DNA of 61,087 nucleotides from Candidatus Woesearchaeota archaeon. Lineage in GTDB: Archaea > Nanobdellota > Nanobdellia > Woesearchaeales > WJIZ01. How positions within the stretch are numbered: position 1 is the stretch's first letter; each line of letters starts with the position of its first letter. The notes under the pieces were generated by a model, which was given only the letters and a program-made list of their open reading frames with translations, was not told the DNA's origin and made no database searches. Where the stretch lies: the NCBI GenBank assembly GCA_018221205.1, contig JAAOYF010000027.1, positions 1-61,087 of the forward strand, written 5' to 3'. A program made the translations under genes and the position numbers. Shown here in pieces: positions 1-10,404 of this stretch.

Positions 1-56
1 TAATCAGGTATTTTCTCATGAGCAAAGAATTGGGGAGAGTTTTATATTACTTATGT

Positions 57-2243
57 TTAAGACTTATTATCACCATTAACCTGTTCTGTGTGCCTACATT
101 TGGGATAGCTGGAGCAGCCCAGAAAAGAGCCATAGAGGCTTTTTCTCAATATGAGCTTGCCTTCTGAGCAGGTAGGACAAGGTTTTTCCAGTTTTCCTAA
201 ATCTACAGGATGCTTTGATTTGCAATCAGGATTGATGCAGAAACTCATGGGCTTTTTCGCTCTTCGGATGGACAATACCATCGGATGCTTGCAGACCTCG
301 CATTCTTTGTCAGAAGGCTTGATGAGGGCATTGTTCGGCATGGAGAAGGTCGTCTTGCAATCAGGATATTTGTTACAGGCGACGAACTGGCCGTACTTCC
401 CTCTTCTGATCTGCAATTTCCCTTCTTTGCAGTTCGGGCAGTTGCCGATAGTGGATAAGGCATCCCTTGTTTCAATATTTGCTGCTTTCAGCTCCTTGCC
501 GATATCTTTTTCTTTCTTTTTGAAGTCAGATAGGATCTTTGTCAATGCGTCTTGCGCTTCTTTCAACACATCTTCCATCTTTTTCTTTCCTTTCCTAATC
601 TCTTCCATCTCCACTTCGAAATGTCTTGACAGGGCTTCATCGATGATCTTTGGAGAATGATGCTCTAATGTTTCGATAGTCCGGATGCCTAACTCTGTCG
701 CCTGTATGGATTTTCCGTCAACATAGCCTCTGTTAAAGAGGGTGTCGACGATCGAAGCTCTCGTAGATTTGGTGCCGAGATTTCTCTTCTCGAGCTCTCT
801 GATTATCGATGCAGGAGTGTATCTTTTTGGAGGTTTTGTCTCTTCATCATGCTTTGTGATCTTCTTCACTTTCACTTTATCTCCTTTTTTCACTTTCGGA
901 AGATCTTCTTCCTCCAATTTTACATAAGGACCATAGAATTCATGCCATCCTTTCTCTAACGTCCGTGTGCCTTTCGCTATGAATGACTCGTCTTTCATAT
1001 CCATCACTATCTTGTTGGTCTCTCTCACTGCAGGATCAGAGAATGTCGCTAAAAAGCGTCTTACGATAATATCGTATATCTTATCATTCTGAGAATCCAG
1101 GCTGGGAGTGACGCCAGTCGGATAGATAGCAGGATGTGCAGGATCGGTCTTTTTACCATCATTCGGCTTGAGACCTTTTCTTGAGAGGATCTTATCAGCC
1201 AGTTTCTTGTAGGAAGGATTCTTTTTCAGTGCACTCAGGATTTTCTTATAGCCGATGCTTTCTGGATATTGCTGAGAAGAAGTCCTTGGATAGGAGATAT
1301 AGCCGGCAGTGTAAAGCTCCTGAGCGATCTCTAATGTCCTTTTCGGCGAAATCCTATGGCATCGGTACACTTCAGTCTGTAAGGTAGTCAGATCGAAAGG
1401 GGTCGGAGGAGATTGGTTGAACTTTGAGGAGTCTATCTTGTCCACAATCGCTTCTTTTCCTCCTTTTATCTTCTTCATCACTTTCTCGACTTCTTGTTTC
1501 TTCCAGAACTTATCTTCAATATGCCATGCTGTAAGGGGTGATTTGTTCGCTTCACCGTTCAACTCAATCTGCCAGAACGGAACTGGCTTGAAGGCCTTGA
1601 TCTCTTTTTCCCTTTCAACAATGGTCTTCAAGGCAGGCCCCTGGACTCTGCCTATTGACATCAGCTTGAATGTACCTGCAGTCTTTATCGCAGAAGTCAA
1701 TGCACGGCTATAGTTGATGCCGTTGTACCAATCGAGAAAATGCCGCGTCACTCCTGCATTCGCCTGCCCCCAATCCAATGTCTTGGACTTATTTTCATAT
1801 GCATTGACCAAATCATCTTTTGTCAATGTTGAGAACTTCATCCTTGATGCATCTTTTTTCTTGCAGGCATATTTTATGACATTAAGGCCAATGACCTCTC
1901 CTTCTATATCATAATCTGTTGCTACCGTGAACTCTTTCGCTTCTTTGGAGAGTTTCTTTATCGTCATCAAGTATTTTTTAGTATAGGCTGCATTCTTTCT
2001 TGTCTCATGAGAAGCCTGCCATTCAATATCAAACAATGGATAGGTCCACTTCTTTGTGCCTTCTTTTTGGTACAAGCCATATAAGTGGCCGACAGCACAG
2101 GCAACGATGATATCTTTTTTACCATGGCTTATCAGATAATAAGGCACTCCTTGGTTGTTCTCTTTGATAGGTTTACCGTCGGCAAGAGCATCAGCTATCT
2201 TCTTTGCTGCCTGCGGTTTTTCAGTGATGATCAATTCAGTCAT
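57..2243 (-). CDS. topA: DNA topoisomerase I (type IA) with C-terminal zinc ribbons
   Basis: 728-aa ORF with a Toprim-like N-terminus (MTELIITEKPQAAKKIA). Type IA active-site context GYISYPRTSSQ. Repeated CxxC...CxxC pairs at the C-terminus (CPNCKEG..CNKYPDC, CEVCKHP..CINPDC, CPTCSEG..CSSYPKC). Confidence 0.9.
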   Translation of the reverse strand: MTELIITEKPQAAKKIADALADGKPIKENNQGVPYYLISHGKKDIIVACAVGHLYGLYQKEGTKKWTYPLFDIEWQASHETRKNAAYTKKYLMTIKKLSKEAKEFTVATDYDIEGEVIGLNVIKYACKKKDASRMKFSTLTKDDLVNAYENKSKTLDWGQANAGVTRHFLDWYNGINYSRALTSAIKTAGTFKLMSIGRVQGPALKTIVEREKEIKAFKPVPFWQIELNGEANKSPLTAWHIEDKFWKKQEVEKVMKKIKGGKEAIVDKIDSSKFNQSPPTPFDLTTLQTEVYRCHRISPKRTLEIAQELYTAGYISYPRTSSQQYPESIGYKKILSALKKNPSYKKLADKILSRKGLKPNDGKKTDPAHPAIYPTGVTPSLDSQNDKIYDIIVRRFLATFSDPAVRETNKIVMDMKDESFIAKGTRTLEKGWHEFYGPYVKLEEEDLPKVKKGDKVKVKKITKHDEETKPPKRYTPASIIRELEKRNLGTKSTRASIVDTLFNRGYVDGKSIQATELGIRTIETLEHHSPKIIDEALSRHFEVEMEEIRKGKKKMEDVLKEAQDALTKILSDFKKKEKDIGKELKAANIETRDALSTIGNCPNCKEGKLQIRRGKYGQFVACNKYPDCKTTFSMPNNALIKPSDKECEVCKHPMVLSIRRAKKPMSFCINPDCKSKHPVDLGKLEKPCPTCSEGKLILRKSLYGSFLGCSSYPKCRHTEQVNGDNKS

Positions 2244-2283
2244 ACCAGCGAGAATTCAGTGTGTTGTATAAAAAGTTTTGGAA

Positions 2284-3798
2284 TTATGAGAATTTTGGAG
2301 AATTTTTCGTTATTTGGAGGTGTTTCTGCCAGATCGAATCGTGTCTTTCAGGATAATCCTTGATGAAGTGTGTGCCTCTGCTTTCTTTTCTTCTCAAAGA
2401 GGCGAGAATAATTATCTTCGCTACGAGCAGCATGTTCTTCAGTTCCAGGCTGTTCTTGTTGATCCCGTTCTCTGTTTTTGCTTCCCATCTTTTTATCTTT
2501 TTCAATGCATCCTGCAATCTTTTCTTTGTCTTGATAATACCAACCTGGTTCCACATCACTTTTCTCAGTTCATTTCTTATTTTCTTTATCTTACCGTTCT
2601 TCATTGTTGATAGTTTCAAAGGTGGAAGCTCAATACGTCTGATTTTTTGTTTTGTCATCTTCTGAACAGCCCTTTTTCCGAAGACAGCACCCTCAGCCAA
2701 TGAGTTTGAAGCCAATCTATCGGCACCATGCAATTGGGTGCAGGCACATTCTCCGACGGCAAAGAGATTCTTTATGTTTGTCTGTCCGCAATCGTCTGTC
2801 TTTATGCCGCCGCAGAGATAATGGGCAGCAGGACTCACCGGAATCATCTTCTTGGTGAGGTCGATCTTATGTGAGAGGCATCGTTGGTAGATATGAGGAA
2901 ACCGTCTCTTGAGGAAATTTGCATCGAGATGAGTCATGTCAAGAAAAACATTCTTTGCACCGGTCTTCTTCATCTCTTCCACTGAGAATTTTGAAACAAC
3001 GTCGCGAGGAGCAAGCTCGCCATCCCTATGGTAAGAGGACATATACGTCTTTCCGAACCTGTTTTTCAACAATCCGCCTTCTCCCCTCAATGTCTCTGAG
3101 ATGAGGAATGACGGAGAAGAATTATGGAGCATGGTGGGGTGGAACTGGACGAATTCCATATCTTCTAATACTGCGCCAGCCCTGAAGGCGAGGGCAATGC
3201 CATCTGCTGTGGCAACCTCTGGATTCGTTGTCCGTGCATAGAGCTGGCCTATCCCTCCAGTGGTGATGATGGTGTTGGAAGCGAAGATATCTTCTACTCC
3301 TTGCGGTGTGAGAAACCTGCATCCTAAACAAGCACCCTTGTCCATTATGAGATCAATCGCCATATGCTCTTCAAGGATTGTTGCCTTCTGCTTCACCCTT
3401 TTTACAAGGACAGTCTGTATAGCTTTTCCGGTGGTATCAGAGGAATGAACGATCCGTGCACGGGAATGCACAGCCTCTCTGCTCAATGAAAAGTGTTTTT
3501 GCTTTTGATCGAAATGAACCCCTATCTTTTTCAGTTCAAGAACGCGCTTAGGGCTTTCTTTCGCCAGAATAGCGGCGATCCTTTTATTTGTCAGTCCGTC
3601 ACCAGCCCTTACTGTGTCCTGGACATGGGCTTCTGCATTATCATCAGTGCTGAAGACAGCAGCCAGCCCGCCTTGGGCATATAGGGTATTGGAATCAAGA
3701 ACTTTCTCTTTTGTCGCTACCATGACATTGCCTTTCGCATACATCGCTGCTGTAAGGCCCGCTATTCCCGATCCGATGATTAAGGTTGAGGTTTCCAT
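2284..3798 (-). CDS. nadB: L-aspartate oxidase
   Basis: 504-aa ORF with FAD-binding GSGIAGLTAA, YAQGGLAAV, LRGEGG and AAHYLCGGI motifs typical of the NadB/succinate dehydrogenase flavoprotein family. It is adjacent to nadC. Confidence 0.85.
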   Translation of the reverse strand: METSTLIIGSGIAGLTAAMYAKGNVMVATKEKVLDSNTLYAQGGLAAVFSTDDNAEAHVQDTVRAGDGLTNKRIAAILAKESPKRVLELKKIGVHFDQKQKHFSLSREAVHSRARIVHSSDTTGKAIQTVLVKRVKQKATILEEHMAIDLIMDKGACLGCRFLTPQGVEDIFASNTIITTGGIGQLYARTTNPEVATADGIALAFRAGAVLEDMEFVQFHPTMLHNSSPSFLISETLRGEGGLLKNRFGKTYMSSYHRDGELAPRDVVSKFSVEEMKKTGAKNVFLDMTHLDANFLKRRFPHIYQRCLSHKIDLTKKMIPVSPAAHYLCGGIKTDDCGQTNIKNLFAVGECACTQLHGADRLASNSLAEGAVFGKRAVQKMTKQKIRRIELPPLKLSTMKNGKIKKIRNELRKVMWNQVGIIKTKKRLQDALKKIKRWEAKTENGINKNSLELKNMLLVAKIIILASLRRKESRGTHFIKDYPERHDSIWQKHLQITKNSPKFS

Positions 3799-4730
3799 CA
3801 GAGAATGAACTGTTTTATATCCAATGCTTTGCTCGAGTGTGTCAGATAGCCCATAGAGATGACATCAACACCTGTTCTCGCAAACTTTTTTTCATTAGCA
3901 GGAGTTATGCCGCCAGACGCTTCCAGAAGGACGTGACTATAGAGGTTGAGCTTCTTCAGTCTGGTTATTGTCGCCTTGATCCTCTTTGGAGGCATGTTAT
4001 CGAGCATGATCAAACAGGGAATGTCTGAGAATTTCTTGAAGATTGTTGCAGCTTTTATGGCTTGTTCTTTTTCAGTTACCTCAATCTCGATAAAGTTCGC
4101 TTTTTTCCTATGCTGCCAGGCCCTTTTCAAGGAGATCTCGATAGGATTCTTCATGCCTTCTCTTTTCAATGCTTTCAGATGATTGTCTTTTATCAATATA
4201 GATTCCCATAAGGCCAGACGGTGAGTCAAACCGCCGCCGACAAAGACGGATTTCTTGTCTAAATAACGCCATTGGGTCTTTCTTGTCGGTGCAATCTGCA
4301 CCTTATTCTTCACTGCTCTGATCGTCTTATTCGTCAGGGTAGCTATTCCAGACATCCTCTGCATCAAATCCAATGCAGAACGTTCAATCTTTAGCAAGTC
4401 TTTTTCTTCTCCTTCCAAATCAAGGATTCTGTCCCCTTTTCTAATCCGGTCACCATCTTTCTTTTTTTGGATGGCCTTTATCCTATATCTCTTATAGAGG
4501 AGGATCACTTCTTCCAAACCTGCGATGATTCCTGACTGTCTTGAAACGACAGCAGCTTTCAGCTTCTTATTCTTACGCATGACTGCTTTGCTTGTCAGAT
4601 CTCCAGAGCCGATGTCCCCCTTAGTCTCGCCGATGATAAATTTCTCTATCCAATCACGATACATGGTATTATCTAGAGTGAGAAGATGTCCTCTTTGGAA
4701 CGCTTTAAGAAGTGCCTTTTTCCTGTCCAT
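3798..4730 (-). CDS. nadC: Nicotinate-nucleotide pyrophosphorylase (quinolinate phosphoribosyltransferase)
   Basis: 310-aa ORF with LIKDNHL, IEIEV, SGGITPAN and ISMGYLTHS motifs of type II QPRTases. It overlaps the nadB start by 1 nt. Confidence 0.85.
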   Translation of the reverse strand: MDRKKALLKAFQRGHLLTLDNTMYRDWIEKFIIGETKGDIGSGDLTSKAVMRKNKKLKAAVVSRQSGIIAGLEEVILLYKRYRIKAIQKKKDGDRIRKGDRILDLEGEEKDLLKIERSALDLMQRMSGIATLTNKTIRAVKNKVQIAPTRKTQWRYLDKKSVFVGGGLTHRLALWESILIKDNHLKALKREGMKNPIEISLKRAWQHRKKANFIEIEVTEKEQAIKAATIFKKFSDIPCLIMLDNMPPKRIKATITRLKKLNLYSHVLLEASGGITPANEKKFARTGVDVISMGYLTHSSKALDIKQFIL

Positions 4731-4811
4731 TTCGGACTATCGGAGCCAAAATCGTCTTTTAAAGGTTTGGTTTTTCATAAACTATAAAAATCTCCTTAGA
4801 ACTATACTGTC

Positions 4812-5837
4812 ATGAAGAAGGAGCTGGTCGAGAAAACACTAAAGCCATTAGATGATTTCATCAATAGGGAAACGGCGATGCTCACGTTCAGTGATGAGAA
4901 AGGATTTCTTCCTGTGCCGATCAAAAAGGAGCATTTCCATGAACTTGACCTGTTCGGCGAGGCCAAAGAGATCCTCGCAATAGACGGCGGCAACCAGGAA
5001 CTTCTTGGAGCTGCGAATTTTTCCCTTCAATTCATCAGAGCAGCTGCTGTCTTCTATAAAGGGAAAAGGCTGCATGTTGTCAAGAAGGAGTTTTTTGCAT
5101 TGATCACAGCAGATGCCCGGGGTAAAGTGCAGTACAAAGCTGAGATTATTGGAGATCAGCTCTTTGACAAAGAAGTTTTCTTCCAGAAAGAGATCAAGAC
5201 CCTAAGTGGAGAATCCGAGAAACTCGAGATCAATGCTATCGGGAATATAATCAGAAGATATGCGGAACTGAAGCTGGCAGCTGAAGTCCTCAAAGAGGAC
5301 TGCCTTATTATCATGGATGGCAGTCTGCAAGTGAAATATCCTGCTGAGTTTGTCCTCATGAGAGAACTGGTCGATCATGCCAAAGAGAAAAAAGCTGATC
5401 TGGGATTCCTGAGCAAGACCTGCAGGCTTTTGACCAAGAATTCCTCAAGCCTGTCAAGTGCATTGCATGAACTTGGGCCGAAGGGAACATGGCACTATCA
5501 TCCTGTGTATGCGATAACCGATCCTCATTTTCTCGGAGAGATGCATTTTGTCAAATTACATCCTCGAACCGATTATGTCTTCAGGCTCGAGCTTGCCAGA
5601 CATACTCTAGCGAAGGATTTCATCCTCAGTCTCGTCCAAAACAGCTCTGATCCCATCTTCTATGGATATCCTTATTGCCTGATCGAAGCCGATAGGGTCG
5701 CACGGGTGAGCAATAAGGAAAAAAACTATTTACGCACTTTGTTTCTATCGAAAACAAGCCATAAGGATAAGCTGAAGTATCTACTGGCCAGCATGAATGC
5801 ACATGACATTCTTGATTCGCATGCACAATTTATTTAA
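4812..5837 (+). CDS. NurA-like nuclease domain protein
   Basis: 341-aa ORF with ILAIDGG near the N-terminus, the IIMDGSL motif and a C-terminal GYPYCLIEADRVARV segment resembling NurA 5'-3' nuclease motifs. No adjacent herA gene. Confidence 0.5.
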   Translation: MKKELVEKTLKPLDDFINRETAMLTFSDEKGFLPVPIKKEHFHELDLFGEAKEILAIDGGNQELLGAANFSLQFIRAAAVFYKGKRLHVVKKEFFALITADARGKVQYKAEIIGDQLFDKEVFFQKEIKTLSGESEKLEINAIGNIIRRYAELKLAAEVLKEDCLIIMDGSLQVKYPAEFVLMRELVDHAKEKKADLGFLSKTCRLLTKNSSSLSSALHELGPKGTWHYHPVYAITDPHFLGEMHFVKLHPRTDYVFRLELARHTLAKDFILSLVQNSSDPIFYGYPYCLIEADRVARVSNKEKNYLRTLFLSKTSHKDKLKYLLASMNAHDILDSHAQFI

Positions 5838-5859
5838 ACTCGACAACTGAGGATAGAGT

Positions 5860-6288
5860 ATGGACAAAAAAGAACTTGACGAAAAGATTGAGCAAGAGCT
5901 CAAGAAAGAAAAGGAACTCTCTAAGAAGATCGAAGAAACGAAGGATGTCGACGCTATCAATAAGGAAGTAAGAGTAGATGAGACTCTTAAACAAGACCTT
6001 AATGAAGAGATAAAGGAAGACACCCAGGAGCGACATGAGATAGAAGATGAAAAAGAGTACCTTGAGAAAGAAGAGGGCACTCTAGACAAGGAAATCGAAG
6101 CAGACCGGGAGCTTGAGCATGATGTCGATAAGGAAGAGATTGTTGATGAAGAGCTCAAAGTGGACCAACGGCTCCTCAAGGAAGATGAAACCGATAAAGA
6201 AGTGAAAAAAGACCTTGAGCATGCTGAAAGCGAGAAGAAGGGAGTAGACAAGCAAATCGATGAAGACGCTAAAAAACGCGAGGAGTAA
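5860..6288 (+). CDS. Highly charged E/K/D-rich low-complexity protein
   Basis: 142-aa ORF made almost entirely of E, K and D residues with coiled-coil character. The antisense Ser-rich ORF (5781..6251) is a shadow of it. Confidence 0.4.
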   Translation: MDKKELDEKIEQELKKEKELSKKIEETKDVDAINKEVRVDETLKQDLNEEIKEDTQERHEIEDEKEYLEKEEGTLDKEIEADRELEHDVDKEEIVDEELKVDQRLLKEDETDKEVKKDLEHAESEKKGVDKQIDEDAKKREE

Positions 6289-6318
6289 ATTCAATAGACT
6301 TCAGAGAGGAACAAAAAG

Positions 6319-7305
6319 ATGTATGATGTTATCTGTGTCGGAAGCTCTACAGTAGATGTCTTCGCCAGATCAAAATATTCTGAACTTATCAAGATCATGG
6401 ACCCTAAAGGCCAAGAAAGCCTTCTTGCATATCCGACAGGGGCAAAGATCCTTATCGAGGAGCTTGACACAACGACAGGCGGAGGGGGCACAAACGTCGC
6501 TGTCTCTTTGGCTAAGATCGGACTGAAATCCGCATATCTGGGCTGTATGGGCCAAGGAGGATATGCGCATACTATCATCACTGCATTGAAGAAATTCAAA
6601 GTAGGAACGAATTTAGTTGTCCAGAAGAAAGGCAGGACAGGGTTCTCCATCATCCTCGACAGCATCGAGCATGATCGGACCATACTTGCTTTCAAAGGAG
6701 TGAACAATGATCTTAACTATAAAGACATTGACAAGAAGAAATTACGGACGAAGTGGTTTTATTTTGCGTCAATGATGGGAAATGCATTCAAGACGCAGGA
6801 GCAACTTGCCCTGTTCGCGAAGAAGAACAAGATCAAGATCGCATTCAACCCAAGCAGCTATCTGGCTGAGAAAGGAAGCACTTTTCTCAAGAAGATCCTT
6901 GCCAATACTGAAATCTTAATCCTGAATAAAGAGGAGGCTGCCCTTATCGCGGGAAAAGATACCATACCTTACCTTTCACGCAAATTGCACAAGCTTGGGC
7001 CCAGATATGTCGTGATTACAGATGGCAAGACAGGGGCATATTGCTATCATGAAGATAAACTGTATTTTGCAAAGACCACAAATCTCAAGCCAGTCGAGAC
7101 TACCGGAGCAGGCGATGCGTTCGCCTCTACCTTTTTAGCAGGCATCATCCTCAAGAATGATATCTCATTCGCGATGAAATTAGCAACGATCAATGCAGAA
7201 TCGGTCATCTCTCACCATGGAGCGAAGAACAGATTATTGACGCTGCGGGAAGCACAACGCATCATGAAAGGATGCAGAATCAAGGTAACGGTTAAAAAGA
7301 TTTAA
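6319..7305 (+). CDS. PfkB-family carbohydrate kinase (ribokinase-like)
   Basis: 328-aa ORF with the TTGGGGTNVAV di-Gly motif and the PfkB signature TGAGDAFASTFLAG. Confidence 0.8.
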   Translation: MYDVICVGSSTVDVFARSKYSELIKIMDPKGQESLLAYPTGAKILIEELDTTTGGGGTNVAVSLAKIGLKSAYLGCMGQGGYAHTIITALKKFKVGTNLVVQKKGRTGFSIILDSIEHDRTILAFKGVNNDLNYKDIDKKKLRTKWFYFASMMGNAFKTQEQLALFAKKNKIKIAFNPSSYLAEKGSTFLKKILANTEILILNKEEAALIAGKDTIPYLSRKLHKLGPRYVVITDGKTGAYCYHEDKLYFAKTTNLKPVETTGAGDAFASTFLAGIILKNDISFAMKLATINAESVISHHGAKNRLLTLREAQRIMKGCRIKVTVKKI

Positions 7306-7342
7306 ATAGTGACTTTCTCTCTTACAACCCAAGGGGTGACAG

Positions 7343-9145
7343 ATGCTTATTAACCATTCTTTCCAAGATAAAAGTATCCAGAAGGATGTTCCAGATGCAG
7401 GATTTCTCTTGACGAACAAGAAAGGAGGCTTTGCCAATTTCGGTGTCAATACGAAGTATAGGGGAGTGTTCTTTCGACTCCGGGATGAAGTATACAAAAT
7501 CATCGATGACATACGGATCAAAGGGCAGATATCAGAGATCCATAACGGTTTTTGGCATGTCAGCAGGAAGAGAGGAGATAATACAGAAAAGTTTTTCATG
7601 CCTCATGGAATGGATTGCTTTGTCTATGAACTCGAGAATGAGTCGACGGTTGATGTTCTTTTCGATGTCAAGAAAGCATATGATTCACGGGTGTGGGGAA
7701 GAAATTATCGTGTCTGGCAGGAAGACGATGCACTCTTTGTCGAGTTCAAGAAGTTCACTGATAAGAGAGAAGATGATAGCGAAGGGGAGATGGAATTCCA
7801 ATTCACCATCGCTATCCTCGGAAAATTTTCTGATGTCGAGATCCTTGACAGATGGGAACATATGCTCTATACTGCTGATGCTCAGCGGCATAGTGGACCC
7901 TATGATCGGCACGTCTATAATGGTTTCAAAGCAAGAGCGAAGCAGCTGTTCTTCTCTTTCGGAGAGACAAAAGAGGATGCACTGAAAAATTGCCAGCATA
8001 TCAAAAAGAAGCTCTCACATTATCGATCGCTCCAGGAGAAGTATTCTGGCCTGATGTTCAAGAAGGCAAAAGATGATAAGACTCAATTAGCATTGAAGGC
8101 AGCTACTGAAGCATTGGACAGCCTGCTTGTCCATGATGATATCTATGCAGGACTGCCCTGGTTCTTTCAGTTCTGGGGACGAGACACCTTCATCAGCCTG
8201 AAAGCGCTTATGCTCGATAATGAATTCTCAATGGCTAAGAAAGTGTTGCTGAAATATCTTGAGCATATCGAGGAAGATGGCCTGGTGCCGAACAGGGTTC
8301 CACCGAGCGGGATACAATCAATAGATGCCTCAGGATGGTTCTTTACACGATGGCAGAACTTCTTCACCCTCTTAGGAGAGGAGAAGACGATCCAGCATTA
8401 TTTCAGCAAGGGAGAAGTAGAACTGGTCATCACCAGGCTCAAAAGCAGCATGAATCAGATCTTCAAGAATTATACAGTAGACAGCCTTGCCGTCAACAAT
8501 GCCCAAGAGACGTGGATGGATACAAACATCGGAGATGGACGAGCAGGAAAAAGGATAGAGATCCAAGCATTGCGATTCAGGTTGTACACTTTTCTCGCCC
8601 ACCATAGCGACAAAAATTTTTTCGATGATTTAGCAGCACGATTGAAAACAAAGATCAAGGAGGTGTTTTGGACAGGAACATACCTTAAGGATGGGGCAGA
8701 TGATCCTACCATCCGTCCGAACATCTTTATTGCTGCTTACCTTGCTCCTGAACTTCTTTCGAAAGAAGAATGGATAGCGTGTTTTGATCATATCCTGCCG
8801 AAGCTCTGGCTCGATTGGGGCGGCTTGTCGACGATAGATAAGGAGGATCCTCGTTTCAGAGAGAGGAGCACCGGGGAGAATCCTGAAAGCTATCACCATG
8901 GAGATTCTTGGTATTGGATCAACAATCTGGCAGCACTTGTTCTCACACGCCTGGATTATGTCCGCTATCAGCATACTATCGAGAAGATCGTCGAGGCGAG
9001 CTGTGAAGATATCTTATTCAAAGGATATGTAGGTTGTCATTCAGAGATAAGCTCTGCTGTTGAACAGAAAGCAGAAGGCTGCTTGAATCAGGCATGGAGC
9101 AACGCTTTCTTCATCGAACTCATCGAAGAATTAAATAAGCGGTGA
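7343..9145 (+). CDS. Glycogen debranching enzyme (amylo-alpha-1,6-glucosidase family)
   Basis: 600-aa ORF with GLPWFFQFWGRDTFISL, YHHGDSWYW and NQAWSNA motifs characteristic of the archaeal/bacterial GDE_C domain. Confidence 0.8.
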   Translation: MLINHSFQDKSIQKDVPDAGFLLTNKKGGFANFGVNTKYRGVFFRLRDEVYKIIDDIRIKGQISEIHNGFWHVSRKRGDNTEKFFMPHGMDCFVYELENESTVDVLFDVKKAYDSRVWGRNYRVWQEDDALFVEFKKFTDKREDDSEGEMEFQFTIAILGKFSDVEILDRWEHMLYTADAQRHSGPYDRHVYNGFKARAKQLFFSFGETKEDALKNCQHIKKKLSHYRSLQEKYSGLMFKKAKDDKTQLALKAATEALDSLLVHDDIYAGLPWFFQFWGRDTFISLKALMLDNEFSMAKKVLLKYLEHIEEDGLVPNRVPPSGIQSIDASGWFFTRWQNFFTLLGEEKTIQHYFSKGEVELVITRLKSSMNQIFKNYTVDSLAVNNAQETWMDTNIGDGRAGKRIEIQALRFRLYTFLAHHSDKNFFDDLAARLKTKIKEVFWTGTYLKDGADDPTIRPNIFIAAYLAPELLSKEEWIACFDHILPKLWLDWGGLSTIDKEDPRFRERSTGENPESYHHGDSWYWINNLAALVLTRLDYVRYQHTIEKIVEASCEDILFKGYVGCHSEISSAVEQKAEGCLNQAWSNAFFIELIEELNKR

Positions 9146-9937
9146 GACGAATATCTCTAAGAACGCAGCGATGATCAACAAGACAATGGCTCCAAAGGCC
9201 AGATCTGCAGAGTCAAGAAGGATATGCTTTGTTTTCTTCGGAGTGAAGTCATGGCGCATGACTGCAATAGAGATGATACCTCCTGCCAGGCCTGCCATGA
9301 AATAAGCCAGCATCTCGGGGATGCCATGCACAAGGAATTTTGTCAATGCCAGGGGAAAGGCTGCCAAGCCAACATGAGATTTGACAAAGTCACCTACCGC
9401 GACTCCGATAATGGAGGCGTTCCAGGTAAGGATGAAGATCGCGCCGAAGCCGTAGAAAAAGGCAAAGATGAGGGCAAAGAGCAATACTTTCAGGTTATTG
9501 AAGAAGATTTTCGAGAATGTCCCTGCAAGATTGATGGCATTTCCTGTTATCGGGCTATTGATCTCTTTGATGGTCTGTGACTGGACACTGAAGACTGCCG
9601 CAGTCGCGTCAGCGGGCAGGAAGACATACCATAAGGAAAAGGAAACGACATATCCGAGGAAGAGGAACATGAAGAATGATAATGCTTTTCCATGTTCTTT
9701 CAGCAATATCTTTTCCTTCGCAATAGAGAGATCCTTCTTTTCTTCAAGGCGGATAGTCCAGTATATTATAGGGATAGAAGCAAAGACCGTAAAGAAGATT
9801 ATCAATAGGCTGGCATATTCTCTGAACAGGAGCAAAGACATGATGATTGCAGCAGAGCTGTATAACAAACCGATGAAGAACATCTCCCAGGGCCTTTTCT
9901 CGGCCTTCATAGGGCTGATAATGCTTTCGAGTACCAT
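9131..9937 (-). CDS. SpoIIM-like (DUF95) integral membrane protein
   Basis: 268-aa ORF with multiple TM helices and an FFNNLKVLL...WNASIIG pattern typical of the stage II sporulation protein M family. Confidence 0.6.
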   Translation of the reverse strand: MVLESIISPMKAEKRPWEMFFIGLLYSSAAIIMSLLLFREYASLLIIFFTVFASIPIIYWTIRLEEKKDLSIAKEKILLKEHGKALSFFMFLFLGYVVSFSLWYVFLPADATAAVFSVQSQTIKEINSPITGNAINLAGTFSKIFFNNLKVLLFALIFAFFYGFGAIFILTWNASIIGVAVGDFVKSHVGLAAFPLALTKFLVHGIPEMLAYFMAGLAGGIISIAVMRHDFTPKKTKHILLDSADLAFGAIVLLIIAAFLEIFVSPLI

Positions 9938-9940
9938 TGA

Positions 9941-10261
9941 TCACCTTTCAAATTTTTGCATGTTCAGGACATTTCCTGTTTTTGCGTCCAATTTCACGAC
10001 AACATCACTCTGCTTCAGCTCTCCTGTCTGATTCGACTGGATATGCATGAAGACATTCCATACCCCTTTCACCTTTTCGGTGTTCAGTACAGCGATACTG
10101 GCTTTCTGTACTATCGGAGTGCCATTGTCTTCATTCACGTAGAATTTCACCTGGCCGTCCACAAATTTCTGGGTGATAGAGATAGCCTGCTCTCGTGAAA
10201 TCTCCTCTTTACATGCCACTATCAGCAGCATCAGCGGAATGATCCAAAGAATGTTCTTCAT
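9941..10261 (-). CDS. Small secreted/lipoprotein-like protein
   Basis: 106-aa ORF with an N-terminal signal peptide followed by Cys (LLIVACKEE). Its start overlaps the upstream micro-ORF stop (ATGA). Confidence 0.4.
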   Translation of the reverse strand: MKNILWIIPLMLLIVACKEEISREQAISITQKFVDGQVKFYVNEDNGTPIVQKASIAVLNTEKVKGVWNVFMHIQSNQTGELKQSDVVVKLDAKTGNVLNMQKFER

Positions 10262-10404
10262 TTTTCGATCAGTTCTTTGGTGAGCGAGTCCAATTCCTCT
10301 TTTGTGGTGATGCCTTCCTTTTCAAGAATGTTCATCAGAGCGTCTATCTTTTTCGAGAGCAGCTCTATGTTAGCCTTGTTCTCGCTTACTTGTGTTTCAG
10401 TCAT
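10258..10404 (-). CDS. 48-aa helical micro-ORF (not in the ORF track)
   Basis: Hand translation gives MTETQVSENKANIELLSKKIDALMNILEKEGITTKEELDSLTKELIEK. ATGA overlaps on both sides link it to the 369-aa and 106-aa ORFs. Confidence 0.35.
   Translation of the reverse strand: MTETQVSENKANIELLSKKIDALMNILEKEGITTKEELDSLTKELIEK

Noticed and set aside
151-660. Numerous 60-190-aa ORFs nested inside or antisense to large recognisable genes (for example 151..660, 7431..7985, 26078..26566, 30841..31494, 32757..33269, 42101..42685, 49371..49838)
   Set aside because: Each overlaps a gene with strong family motifs on the other strand or frame. None shows a recognisable motif, ribosome-binding site or promoter context. 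They are treated as shadow ORFs.
5781-6251. 156-aa Ser-rich ORF on the minus strand, plus similar long antisense ORFs at 12722..13450, 12852..13700, 13592..13891, 16712..17029 and 46639..46830
   Set aside because: They are mirror images of GAA/AAG-rich (E/K) coding sequence on the other strand, which automatically lacks stops in antisense frames. Their low-complexity S/L/F composition fits this, and the sense ORFs have better starts and context.
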